Below, piece after piece: positions 12,009 through 24,925 of a stretch of 64,000 nucleotides of DNA (the stretch's first letter is position 1; the number at the start of each line of letters is the position of its first letter). Source of the stretch: Macrostomum hystrix (Eukaryota > Animalia > Platyhelminthes); the NCBI GenBank assembly GCA_950097015.1, contig CATNEN010000011.1, forward strand, positions 3,224,001-3,288,000, given 5' to 3'. Both the position numbers and the translations under genes were made by a program. A model generated the notes under the pieces. The model ran no database searches. It was not told the origin of the DNA and was given only the letters and a program-made list of their open reading frames with translations.

Positions 12009-15000
12009 ATGCTCCGTTTGTTTCTTTGTCCATCAATTTGGAATTCTCACACCGTTCGTCAGGGCCCTATCCTCGCAGCAGCATCCGCTATCTAGACGCT
12101 CCAGCGATCAAGCCGAAGTTGTCATCATTGGCGGCGGCATCGTTGGCGTCAGCACCGCCTACCATCTGGCCAAGGCCGGCGTCAAAGATGTCGTCCTGCT
12201 GGAAAAGTCCGAACTCACCGCGGGCTCTACTTGGCATGCGGTGAGTAGTGTGTTTAGCGCATAACTATAGTATTTTACATTAGCAGAATGCGATAGAGAG
12301 AAAATTATATTTTACATAGGTAAATCTCAAGTATGAAAATATCCTTTTTAACTAAACAAAATTATTTTTCACAAAAGCTACGCGGTTTTTTTCTGTAAGC
12401 TTTTTCTATAATTATTTTTATATTAACTTTTGCTAATACAAACCTATCCAATGCAATCGAAACCAATCTAATCCAATCCAATCCAATCTAATCCAATCCA
12501 ATCCAATCCAATCCAATCCAATCCAATCTAATCTAATCCAATCCAATCCAATCCAATCTAATCTAATCTAATCCAATCCAATCCAAGCCAAGCAAATCCA
12601 ATCCAATCCAAGCCAAGCAAATCCAATCCAATCCAATCCAATCTAATCCAATCTAATCCAATCCAATCCAATCCAATCCAATCCAATCTAATCTAATCCA
12701 ATCCAATCCAATCCAATCCAATCCAATCCAATCCAATACAAACCAATCTAATCCAAGCAAATCCAATCCAATCCAATCCAATCCAATCCAATCCAATCCA
12801 ATCCAATCTACAGGCCGGCCTCACCACCTATTTCCACCCGGGCATCAATGTCCGGCGCATTCACTACTACAGCCTGCAGCTGTATGCCCAGCTGGAGGCT
12901 GAGACTGGCCAGCCCGTTGGACTGCACACGCCGGGCTCTCTGCGGCTGCTCACAACGCCGACCAGAATGGACGAAGCTCGCTATCAGATGTCTCGAGCCG
13001 CCTGGTGCCAAGCTGAGCAGCATCTGGTTGGACCCGATCGATGCTTTGAGCTCTGCCCTCTGCTCAACATGAGCACCGTACTTGGCGGTATTTTTACTCC
13101 GGGAGACGGACACATTGATCCCTACTCGGTGACAATGGCACTGGCAGCCGGAGCAAGAAAGTACGGCGCCGAGCTGTACCAGAACAGTCAGGTTCGAGCT
13201 ACCAGTCAGGACTCGAAGGGCATCTGGACTGTGGTCACTGATCACGGCCAGTTGAAGGCCAAGCATCTGGTGAATGCGGCAGGCTTCCACGCCAGGGATG
13301 TTGGCAAACTTTCAGGCTTGGACCTGCCAATCATTCCCGTGCATCATCAGTACGTTATCACCAAGACTGTGCCAGAGGTAGCCAAGCTGGAACGCGAATT
13401 CCCTGTATTGCGCGATCTGGAAAGCTCTTATTACCTGCGCCAGGAGAAACAGGGCCTTTTAATTGGCCCCTACGAGGCGCCAGACAAGATGATGCAGTGC
13501 ACCGACTGGTACGATAAGGGCGTCCCGGACACCTTCGGGCGAGAGCTGTTCGAGCCAGACCTGGGCAGAATCATGCCGCACCTGGAGAAGGCCATGGAGA
13601 TGGTACCGGTAATGCAAACAGCCGAGATTCAATCAGTCATTGCTGGACCAATCACTTACAATGCGGAGAATGCCGGTCTGATTGGACCAGTCCACGGGCC
13701 GCACAATTATTGGCTGCTAGGCGGTCTGGGCTACGGCATCATTCACGGAGGCGGCGTTGGCAAGTACGTCGCCGACTGGATTCGCACCGGCGAGCCGCCC
13801 TACGACCTCATCGAGCTGGACGCCAATCGCTACGGCTGGTGGGCCGATCGGTCTTACACAATGGCAAAATGCCGCGAGACCTACGGCATGAACAACGCCA
13901 TGGGCTATCCCAAGGAGGAGCGCTTCGCTGGCCGACCAACCAAGCGGGCTCAGCAGACTGCTGACCTGTACGCCGAGTTGAAGTCTGCCGGCGCCGAGTT
14001 CGGCTTCCACAATGGCTGGGAGCAGCCACACTGGTTCGGCGTGACACCCGAAGAGCGAAAATATCAGCCGTCGTTTCGTCGAACCAATTGGTTTTCGGCG
14101 ATGCGGCGAGAGTGCGAAGGAGTGCTCAATAGGGCCGGTGTTATGGACATTACACCATTTTCCAAGTTTGAAATCTCAGGTAGAATGCTAAATTTGTTGG
14201 GCGTTTATTCTGGTATTGGAATTACAAGTGCTCTGAGTCCCCCATGTTTCCTATCCCCAGGGGGGATAGACCACGGCGGTATTTCAAACACCCACGGTCT
14301 ACTTCTCGATAGCTCAGAAAAAAAGATTCTTCAGAAAAGAAGCAAAATGTCGGTATATGAAATATCCCCGTGCTATGTTGGTTCTATGGCTGTGCCACTG
14401 GCTGGTCTATCTGGCCTTACTGGTTGTGTACAATTGTTATTTTTCATTCTTGAAGATCATTTTTTAAGAGTACATCTTTTCAGAGCACTAAAAACACGGA
14501 ACAAACAAGAGTCTCCATTTTTCCCTCGACCAACTTTCACAGGTCCCCGAGCCGCTGAATTCCTAGACTTGGTGACGGCCAACCGTCTGCCGCAAACAGG
14601 CAAAACCTGCATCACCCACATGCTCACTCCCAGAGGTCGGGTGTTCTCAGAGCTCACCTTGACTCGACTGGTCGGGCATGACGGCGCGGAGAAATTCCTG
14701 GCCCTGACTGGTTCCGGTTCGGAGCTGCACGACCTCATCTGGTTGAAGAGCTGGCGACACAAGCTGGGCTTTCAGAACGACGTCCGAATTGACAATGTGA
14801 CAGACTCGGTGGCTTCCTTGGCCTTGGCTGGCCCGTTGGCTCGCCAGATTCTGCAGCCGTTGACAGCGGAGAATCTTGACGCCGAGGCGTATCCGTTCCT
14901 TCACGCCAGGCAGATCCAGATTAGCGGCATCGACTGTCTGGCGATTCGCATCTCCTACACAGGCGAGCTGGGCTGGGAGCTGTACTGCGCCACGGCCAAC

Positions 15001-17250
15001 GTTGCTAAGCTCTATCGGGCCCTGCGACACTCGGGCGACTCGCGCGGCTTGGTTAACTTCGGCTCCTACGCCATGAACTCGCTCCGACTGGAGAAGGGCT
15101 TCGCCATGTGGGGCGCCGAGATGAACTGCGACACGGGCCCGCTGGAGGCCGGACTCGGCGGTTTTGTGAGGCTCAACAAACCGGTAGACTTTATTGGCAG
15201 GGCGGCAGTGGCTGAGGCCAAGAAACAGCAACAGGAGCAGCAGCAGGGTCGCCTGTTGAGAATGCTCAAAGTGGATAGCGTCGATGTTGATCCGGAAGGA
15301 AATGAGTCAATCTGGCTGGAAGGAAAAGTGAGAATTTGTTGTTGTTGTTTTGTTAGCGCAAATTTTTTATGGATATAAAGTTTTTGTCAACTTCTGGCAT
15401 GCCAGTTCTTTGGGATATTTGCTTCAGTGATATCACCGATAATCAGCGATAATCACTGATGATTGAGTTGAGTATGTATTTGGTTCAGGGATATTTGCTT
15501 CAGGGATATTTGGTTCAGTGATAATTGGTTCAGAGATATTCGGTTCAGGGATATTTGGTTCAGGGATATTTGGTTCTGGGATATTTGGTTCAGGGATATG
15601 TGGTTCTGGGATATTTGGTTCAGGGATATGTGGCTCAGGGATAATTGGTTCAGGGATATTTGGTTCAGGGATATTTTTGGTTCTGGGATATTTGGTTCTG
15701 GGATATTTGGTTCAGGGATATTTGGTTCTGGGATATTTGGTTCAGGAATATTTCCTGCAGGGATATTTCGTGCAGGGATGTTTCGTGCATGGGATGTTTA
15801 GTTCAGGGATAATTAGCTCAAGGACATTTTGCTGGCTAAAATTTTTGGCTGAGGTTTTAACTTTAGCTAGTTATTCAAATAGTTAGGCATTAGATCATTG
15901 GTTATAAAAAGCAAATGACGTTAAAGAATATTAATGATAAATAGCAGTTAATAGCTACATTCTACTCACATTACCAAGTTATACTTTATTTTTTTAATCT
16001 AGATTATTTTTCTGTGCAAAACAATCGCTAGAGTCGGAAATCCTGCGCTAATCTGCTGAGCTTTTGTGCCCCTTTATTCATATATTCATCAATAAATTAG
16101 TGCCAGGAGCATTCTGCAGAGTATGGGGAGCTATTGATTAACTTGATATCATTTATTTGTCAGTATCTGTTTGATCAACTAACCATACTGCATGTGTGTG
16201 GCTTATAGCTTAGAAAGGCTTACATATCTTTGCAATGATTCGTTTAATATAAACCAGTTTGTTCTATGCAAACTTTCTGCGTGAAACTGCATTATCTATT
16301 GTTCCTTTGGGAGGAAATAGCGATAAATCTTTGGCTTCTAGTGTATTTCGATTTAGGGATTTAAAAGTACGTATTCAGCAGCGCAAATACATACGAGTAC
16401 ATTAAATCTGTTATACTTATGCATTCTTTTGACATTTCGCATTATAAAGAATTTTAAAGATTCTAGAAATTTAGTCAGCCCAAAATTTCTAAGAATCAAG
16501 GGATTTCTAAGAGTTTCTAAGAATCTGGGATTTGTAAGGGTTTCTAAGAATCTGGGATTTCTAAGGGTTTCTAAGAATCTGGGGTTTCTAAGGGTTTCTA
16601 AGAATCTGGGATTTCTAAGGGTTTCTAAGAATCTGGGATTTCAAAGGGTTTCTAAGAATCTGGGATTTCTAAGGGTTTCTAAGAATCTGGGATTTCTAAG
16701 GGCTTCTTAGAATCTGGGATTTCTAAGAATCTGGGATTTCTAAGAATCTGGGATTTCTAAGAATCTGGGATTTCTAAGAATCTGGGATTTCTAAGAATCT
16801 GGGATTTCTAAGAATCTGGGATTTCTTAGAATCTGGGATTAAAAAATCTAGGATTTATAAGAATCTGGGATTTTTAAGAATCTGGAGTTTCAGAAAGTTG
16901 GGATTTCGAATTTTGGGAGAGTTCAGGTCCAACAGAAAATCTGTTTAACCTTTTTGCGCATCTTCCAGTGAGTTATATCTCCGACCCAAATCGAAAAATC
17001 CGAAATACTTTAGGTTGTCGGCAACACCACATCCGGCAGCTACAGTTTCAGCGGAGGTCACGGCCTGGCATTCGCCTACGTGCCAGCCAGCCTGCCTGCC
17101 GGGTCCAGACTAGAAATCGACCTACTAGGCAGTCGGATTCCGGCTGTTATTCTGTCCAAGCCTCCGCTGGTGCCGGAGCAGGCGAGACGGAAACAGCAGC
17201 AGCAGCAGCCGACAGATGCGGCGGTTGCCTCGGCGGTTTCAAGCCAGTAG
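12009..17250 (+). CDS. DMGDH: Dimethylglycine dehydrogenase, mitochondrial, about 860 aa. Exons ?..12240, 12814..14179, 14543..15327, 17014..17250; start codon unresolved.
   Basis: FAD-binding motif [17 protein letters not shown]|[12 protein letters not shown] spans intron 1, matches vertebrate DMGDH and includes the covalent-FAD His. GCV-T-like C-terminal domain ([28 protein letters not shown]). All internal junctions are GT-AG and phase-consistent. Confidence 0.95.
12465..12810. repeat. Pentanucleotide microsatellite (ATCCA/ATCTA)n at the 3' end of DMGDH intron 1
   Basis: Directly visible; abuts the acceptor CAG at 12811-12813. Confidence 0.95.
15470..15820. repeat. 15-bp minisatellite (GGGATATTTGGTTCA) in DMGDH intron 3
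   Basis: Directly visible; generates spurious GSGIF-repeat ORFs. Confidence 0.92.
16480..16900. repeat. 18/27-bp minisatellite (TCTAAGAATCTGGGATT core) in DMGDH intron 3
   Basis: Directly visible. Confidence 0.9.
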
Positions 17251-17359
17251 TGTGACCCGAGACATCTGCTCAAACATTTCAGACCAGAACCGTTTTTATT
17301 AGAAAATAAAATACAGTCATTACTTCAGGTCAAGCGTTTGTCAACTAGAGTCAGGATTG

Positions 17360-17680
17360 TGAGTCATACTATCTATGACTCACAATATGTCATACTAGGT
17401 CATACTAGGTCAAAGAGAGTCAGGATTGTGGGTCAAGCGTAAGTCAAAGAGAGTCAAGATTGTGGGTCAAGCGTAGGTCAAAGAGAGTCAGGATTGTGGA
17501 TCAAGCGCAGGTCAAAGAGAGTCAAGATTGTGGGTCAAGCGTAGGTCAAAGAAAGTCAGGATTGTGGGTCAAGCGTAGGTCAAAGAGAGTCAAGATTGTG
17601 GGTCAAGCGTAGGTCAAAGAGAGTCAAGATTGTGGGTCAAGCGCAGGTCAACGAGAGTCAAGATTGTGGGGGAGGCTAAG
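17360..17680. repeat. 34-bp minisatellite (AGGTCAAAGAGAGTCAAGATTGTGGGTCAAGCGT) downstream of the DMGDH stop
   Basis: Directly visible, about 8 copies. Confidence 0.9.
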
Positions 17681-18729
17681 GTCACAGAAAGTTAATATTT
17701 TGGTTCAAACAGGATAAATTTTAGTTCCAATACCCTAAAAAGTGTTTCGTTTATGTCAAAACGACAATTTATGATGTTCCGTTTGCTCAGGTGTCGATGA
17801 AATGTGCAGTTTTGTTTTTTTGCTAATTGCTTTCATACATACTGTTTCATCTTTTGTATTTTACAAAAAAATTAAGTTTTTTAATTTGTTAAACGATTGG
17901 TCAAACAGCAAAGCGTGAACTCTAATGTACAGTTTTTGGTATTGGCTACATTATCATATTAAATAAAATAATTGTTTTCATAGAATAAACTTATACCGTC
18001 TCATTGTTATCGTACAGATACAAATTTAACGTTTCGTTATCAAATTTTTGGATTCATTTGTTTAAATGTATTGCTATTGCCGGTGTTATGTCATTCGACA
18101 GGTTTCTATAGAAACCACAGATTTTCCGGAATTTTTTTCTAAAATACTATTCAATAAAAGTAAAATAAAGCATCGAAGTTCCAGTGAACGATAAAAGATG
18201 GCCAGTTAGGCTTGATTCAATCAAAAAGTTCTATTTTCCATTTTATTTATGTATGATCGTAGCACTAAAACGCTGCGAGATTAATTATAATATCAAATAA
18301 TTATTAATGGGATTATTTTGAAGTTAAACTTTGAGGTCTATCAATAAAAGCCGATTGTTGCACGCCTTGAATGTCTATGGCCACAACTTGCTACATCTTT
18401 AGACTCTAGACTCTTGGGCCATAGACACTTTTGGTGTATTTTTGCACGCTTTGGCTGTCGATGTGTAAGAGCATCAACGCAATAGTAAGCTGAGTGTAAG
18501 CCATCGGTAAAAACTTGATTCTCACCTGAATCATTGCTAAGCTACAGGAAAGCTTAGCTTTAACTAAGCTACTGAAACTGAGGCTTCAAAGGCCGACATT
18601 ATAGATATGGGGGGCAAACAAGAAGCTAAAATTTACTTTTAGCTTTTCCAGTTTTTCTATCCGATGTTCATTTTGTCGTCGTAGTCTTCTAGTGTTTATG
18701 GGTTGAGAAAATAGCAATAAAGCCATAGA

Positions 18730-21341
18730 CTACTTCCTAAGCTGCTCACCCAGCTTCTTGGCCTGACTGTCCTCCTCTTCCGTGGTCTCGTGCGAGTGCT
18801 GCGCCAGCAGGTCGCTGCCGCGGGTGACGCCCCAGTTGTCCGGCCGGCTCATGGCAGCCGAGTACGGCCTGCCGCTGGACGGCTTGAGGCTCTCCCAGTA
18901 CTCGCGACTGGCTCTGGCGCGCAGCCACGGCTTCGTGCTCATCCGCATGCCGCCGCCCCACGGGATGTGCTTCTCGGAGCCGGCGGGCAGGCGACCTCCG
19001 CGCTCGGCGGACAGCTCCTCGGCCAGCGCCCGGATGTGGTAGGGCTCGAAGCCGCAGCAGCCGCCGATGTAGCGAACTCCCAGCTCGAAGGCGGCCCTGC
19101 GGCAGTGTGTTTTTATTTACATTCTCAACAGACTACTTAGGTACGGGTCGTCAGTAACAATTATCGAAAAACTAAAAAACATAGAATATGCAATATTCCT
19201 TTTAAAATGGATGGATTGCTAATCTACCCAAGTGTCTGTCATCGGATGGAATGGATTGCTAATCTATCCCAGTGTCTGTCATCGGATGGAATGGATTGCT
19301 AATCTATCCCAGTGTCTGTCATCGTATGGAATGGATTGCTAATCTATGTCAGTGTCTGATATAGGATAGAATGGATTGCTAATCTATCCCAGTGTCTGAT
19401 ATACTGGCCTTGCCATTCCGTGAGCGCAGAATGATAGGCCAGATTGTTGCTAAGCATGATTCTCGCTCTCACCTGGCGTAGCGGTGCATGTCCCAGCGGG
19501 TGCAGATGCGGCTCTCAAGGGCGAACGGAAACTCGGGCAGGTCGATGAAGCCCTGCTTGCCAGCGTCAGGAGTCATGTAGGCCAACGGCTGGCACATGAG
19601 GTGGGCCTTGAGATTCGCTCGCTCCAGTCCCTCCTTCATCAGCTTGACAGTCTCCAGGCTGACGAACGGGTCGAAGTGGCAGTTCACGCCGACAATCTTG
19701 GCTCCGGCGCGAACCAGACGGACGGCGCAGTCGCCAGCGGAGACTCCGTGCATGTCGCCCTGGGGTCCGATGCACATGCTGCAGGCCACGGGCACATTCA
19801 TCTCCAGGCCCACCTCGATGGCCCACTCGGCCTCTTCGACGTGCTCGAAGTACTCGCACAGGATGAAGTCGACGCCCTCGTCCCTGAATGTGCGCATCTG
19901 CGCCCTGAACACGGCCTGAATGGCGGCCTTGTCACCGCCGCTCAGGTAGGTCGGCGTCTGGCTGACACCGCCCAGGAACAGCGCGCCGCCTTCCTCGGCC
20001 ACCCCGCGAGCGATGTGACAGGCGGCTGAGTTGATGGCCGCGCACTGGAGATGGGATTTCGGTAGGGGATTAAGGCGATAGGGATAATAGTGTTGATAAT
20101 ATCTGCTGGGCTCTTGCAGATTATTCAGCGACACTAGACCCGCAGCCAGCGAGGAGGCAATTCTGCCCATTTCGCTGACTCCTGAGCACACACTCACACA
20201 GGTGTGTACATCTGCACCGACTTTCTCACCGTCAGGCAGTCTACACTCTCCCTATTCCTTGGAGTTTGGCCCTCTGAGCTGTGAATTGCGCGACAAGCCC
20301 CATCTTCTCTCCAGGGCTGCGTCTAAAATAAATGAATGTGGCCTCGCCGCGGAATCGAGCTCAGGGACCTTGGTGCGAGAGACCAACGAGTTAGACCGCT
20401 CTGCCACTCACCCACGCGCATTGAGTACGAGCTATACGTTATTTCAGAACTCACTGACATTGTTCTTCGGATAACTCACAATTTTTATCATATTTCTAAG
20501 AATGGATTTTAATCCTTACCTTTTGAGACTTGCAATCATTAGATCAGGTCCTTAATGAGGCACATAATTAAATAACATCCATATTTAGGTCGCTGATCAC
20601 ACCCTAGTCAGATCCGAAATCAGATCCCTATAGAGATCCCTAATCAGCTCCCTAATCAGATCCCTAATCAGATCCCTAATCAGATCCCTAATCAGCTCCC
20701 TAATCAGCTCCCTAATCAGATCCCTAATCAGATCCCTAATCAGATACCTAATCAGCTCCCTAATCAGCTTCCTAATCAGATCCCTAATCAGATCCCTAAT
20801 CAGATCCCAAACAAGATCCCAAAACAGATCCCAAACAAGATCCCAAATCAGATCCCAAACCAGATCCCAAACCAGATCCCAAATCTGATCCCAAATCAGA
20901 TCCCAAATAAGATCCCAAAACAGATCCCAAAACAGATCCGAAAATAGATCCCAAATAATATACCAAATCAAATCCCAAATCAAATCCCAAATCAAATCCC
21001 AAATCAGATCCCAAATCAGATCCCTATTCAATCAGATCCATGCAGTACACGAAGGCAATTCGCAGAATTACCCCAAACTTCTGCAGCGCCTGGTTGCCTC
21101 TATTTTCCAGTTTGTCCTCGCTGGCATAGTAAGTGAACGCCTGCATGACATCGGAGCCTGCTCGACGGAATTCTCGATGCAGCTGTTTCACAGCTTCCGG
21201 ATGTTCAACCACGGCCTCCGGAGTGAAGGGTCCGGCCGTGACGTAGCCGCGTTTCTCCAACGCAAAGACGAAGCCACCATCGCCGATGACAATTTCGCCG
21301 TTGTCAAGTCGTTCAACAATTCCTCTGCTTTTGTTGGACAT
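18730..21341 (-). CDS. BHMT: BHMT copy 2, 402 aa; complement(join(18730..19096,19473..20044,21072..21341))
   Basis: Same motifs as copy 1 with Zn ligands intact. Two GT-AG introns (phase 0 after KFG, phase 2 within RYAR); spliced frame open to the stop. Confidence 0.94.
19205..19400. repeat. 40-bp minisatellite x5 in BHMT-2 intron 2
   Basis: Unit ATGGATTGCTAATCTATCCCAGTGTCTGTCATCGGATGGA; an essentially identical array lies at about 25405..25600. Confidence 0.9.
20110..20413 (-). mobile_element. tRNA-derived SINE (family B) in BHMT-2 intron 1
   Basis: The minus strand begins GGGTGAGTGGCAGAGCGGTCTAA (A box) then GCTCGATTCC (B-box-like). Body segments match fragments at about 34825..34885 and 61452..61503. 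Confidence 0.65.
20600..21030. repeat. 12-bp minisatellite (CAGATCCCTAAT / CAGATCCCAAAT) in BHMT-2 intron 1
   Basis: Directly visible; the minus-strand unit ATTAGGGATCTG contains TTAGGG. Confidence 0.92.
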
Positions 21342-21844
21342 TTGTGTCTATTGATTGTGTCTTAAAAATAGCTACCTGTTATGCAGAGCCTGGAAAACTA
21401 TATTTATATGCAGCTTAAGTTTAGAACTGTTTTGCTTCACAGTATAAACTAGCCAGGCCATTCATGGTAATAGCGCATGAGTGGAAATTTCCTGTGAATA
21501 TATTTCTAGGCACCTCCTTCCAACTCGTGCACTCTTCTGTCTGACCGCATTTTCACTGCCTTATATTGTGTGGGCAGTGTTTGCGTGACCGAATTTGTGG
21601 CACTAATTATATAGCAGCCTATGAGAACTGAACTGCGTGCAGTTAGCTTGCTGGATATTGCGGAAAAACATGTGAGTCCTGTCACCGGTGGACTCCAGGT
21701 TAGGTTATTGGACTGCTAATGCTATTTAGTTTTTGTAATACATCAACTTTTGCACTATTTTGGCAATTGTTAAATTTGCTAGATATACCAGCTAAAACAA
21801 TAGCTTGCTCTTGTACGTTGCTTTGAATAAGAAAAAGAAAGACA

Positions 21845-24585
21845 TTGTTTGCTGTTCATTAACTATCTCAACAGCTGCAGTGTTTGCTGTTCATTAACTG
21901 TCTCAGCAGCTGCAGTGTTTGCTGTTCATTAACTGTCTCAACGGCTGCAGTGTTTGCTGTTCATTAACTGTGTCAACAGCTGCAGTGTTTGCTGTTCATT
22001 AACTGTGTCAACAGCTGCAGTGTTTGCTGTTCATTAACTGTGTCAACAGCTGCAGTGTTTGCTGTTCATTAACTATCTCAACGGCTGCAGTGTTTGCTGT
22101 TCATTAACTGCCTCAACAGCTGCAGTGTTTGCTGTTCATTAACTGTGTCAACAGCTGCAGTGTTTGCTGTTCATTAACTGCCTCAACAGCTGCAGTGTTT
22201 GCTGCTCATTAACTGTCTCAACAGCTGCAGTGTTTGCTGTTCATTAACTGCCTCAACAGCAGCAGTGTTTGCTGCTCATTAACTGTCTCAACAGCTGCAG
22301 TGTTTGCTGTTCATTAACTGTCTCAACAGCTGCAGTGTTTGCTGTTCATTAACTGCCTCAACAGCAGCAGTGTTTGCTGCTCATTAACTGTCTCAACAGC
22401 TGCAGTGTTTGCTGTTCATTAACTGTCTCAACAGCTGCAGTGTTTGCTGTTCATTAACTGTCTCAACAGCTGCAGTGTTTGCTGTTCATTAACTGTCTCA
22501 ACAGCTGCAGTGTTTGCTGTTCATTAACTGTGTCAACAGCTGCAGTGTTTGCTGTTCATTAACTGCCTCAACAGCAGCAGTGTTTGCTGTTCATTAACTG
22601 TCTCAACAGCTGCAGTGTTTGCTGTTCATTAACTGTCTCAACAGCTGCAGTGTTTGCTGTTCATTAACTGTGTCAACAGCTGCAGTGTTTGCTGTTCATT
22701 AACTGTGTCAACAGCTGCAGTGTTTGCTGTTCATTAACTGTCTCAACAGCTGCAGTGTTTGCTGTTCATTAACTGTGTCAACAGCTGCAGTGTTTGCTGT
22801 TCATTAACTGTCTCAACAGCTGCAGTGTTTGCTGTTCATTTGCTGTGTCAACAGCTGCAGTGTTTGCTGTTCATTAACTGTCTCAATAGCTGCAGTGTTT
22901 GCTGTTCATTAACTGTCTCAACAGCTGCAGTGTTTGCTGTTCATTAACTGTCTCAACGGCTGCAGTGTTTGCTGTTCATTAACTGTCTCAACAGCTGCAG
23001 TGTTTGCTGTTCATTAACTGTCTCAGCAGCTGCAGTGTTTGCTGTTCATTAACTGTCTCAACAGCTGCAGTGTTTGCTGTTCATTAACTGTCTCAGCAGC
23101 TGCAGTGTTTGCTGTTCATTAACTGCCTCAACAGCAGCAGTGTTTGCTGCTCATTAACTGTCTCAACAGCTGCAGTGTTTGCTGTTCATTAACTGTCTCA
23201 ACAGCTGCAGTGTTTGCTGTTCATTAACTGTCTCAACAGCTGCAGTGTTTGCTGTTCATTAACTGTCTCAACAGCTGCAGTGTTTGCTGTTCATTAACTG
23301 TGTCAACAGCTGCAGTGTTTGCTGTTCATTAACTGCCTCAACAGCAGCAGTGTTTGCTGTTCATTAACTGTCTCAACAGCTGCAGTGTTTGCTGTTCATT
23401 AACTGCCTCAACAGCAGCAGTGTTTGCTGTTCATTAACTGTCTCAACAGCTGCAGTGTTTGCTGTTCATTAACTGTCTCAACAGCTGCAGTGTTTGCTGT
23501 TCATTAACTGTCTCAACGGCTGCAGTGTTTGCTGTTCATTAACTGTCTCAACAGCTGCAGTGTTTGCTGTTCATTTGCTGTGTCAACAGCTGCAGTGTTT
23601 GCTGTTCATTAACTGTGTCAACAGCTGCAGTGTTTGCTGTTCATTAACTGTGTCAACAGCTGCAGTGTTTGCTGTTCATTAACTGTCTCAACAGCTGCAG
23701 TGTTTGCTGTTCATTAACTGTCTCAATAGCTGCAGTGTTTGCTGTTCATTAACTGTCTCAACAGCTGCAGTGTTTGCTGTTCATTAACTGCCTCAACAGC
23801 TGCAGTGTTTGCTGTTCATTAACTGTCTCAACAGCTGCAGTGTTTGCTGTTCATTAACTGTCTCAGCAGCTGCAGTGTTTGCTGTTCATTAACTGTGTCA
23901 ACAGCTGCAGTGTTTGCTGTTCATTAACTGTGTCAACAGCTGCAGTGTTTGCTGTTCATTAACTGTGTCAACAGCTGCAGTGTTTGCTGTTCATTAACTG
24001 TGTCAACAGCTGCAGTGTTTGCTGTTCATTAACTGTGTCAACAGCTGCAGTGTTTGCTGTTCATTAACTGTCTCAACAGCTGCAGTGTTTGCTGTTCATT
24101 AACTGTGTCAACAGCTGCAGTGTTTGCTGTTCATTAACTGTGTCAACAGCTGCAGTGTTTGCTGTTCATTAACTGTGTCAACAGCTGCAGTGTTTGCTGT
24201 TCATTAACTGTGTCAACAGCTGCAGTGTTTGCTGTTCATTAACTGTCTCAGCAGCTGCAGTGTTTGCTGTTCATTAACTGTCTCAGCAGCTGCAGTGTTT
24301 GCTGTTCATTAACTGTGTCAACAGCTGCAGTGTTTGCTGTTCATTAACTGTCTCAGCAGCTGCAGTGTTTGCTGTTCATTAACTGTCTCAGCAGCTGCAG
24401 TGTTTGCTGTTCATTAACTGTCTCAGCAGCTGCAGTGTTTGCTGTTCATTAACTGTGTCAACAGCTGCAGTGTTTGCTGTTCATTAACTGTCTCAGCAGC
24501 TGCAGTGTTTGCTGTTCATTAACTGTGTCAACAGCTGCAGTGTTTGCTGTTCATTAACTGTGTCAACAGCTGCAGTGTTTGCTTT
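21845..24585. repeat. 35-bp minisatellite (TGTTTGCTGTTCATTAACTGTCTCAACAGCTGCAG), about 78 copies, between BHMT-2 and BHMT-3
   Basis: Directly visible, highly homogeneous. Confidence 0.97.
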
Positions 24586-24925
24586 TTACAGCTCAACTTG
24601 AGCCGTCTCTTGTGTTTAACTGGCTACCTGTTAGAAAGTACAAACTCGAAAAAAGCAGCGTCAAGAGTACAAACAGCACTCAGCTTCACAATGCTGAGCT
24701 CAATGAAAATGACACCAACACGAGCGGATTGGACTTTTTCAAGCATTCCTACTGTCAAATAGGACACTTTGAATGCACTCTCAGTAGCTCGAGCATAAAT
24801 GTCAGTGATATTGGGAGTATGTCTTTTTTATACATGTCTGTTTCATCTGAAACCATCGCCTTGTAAGGTTGATATCTAATATACTCAAGCCTATTAGTTG
24901 TGTGAGCAGTCAGTGCTAAGACAGA

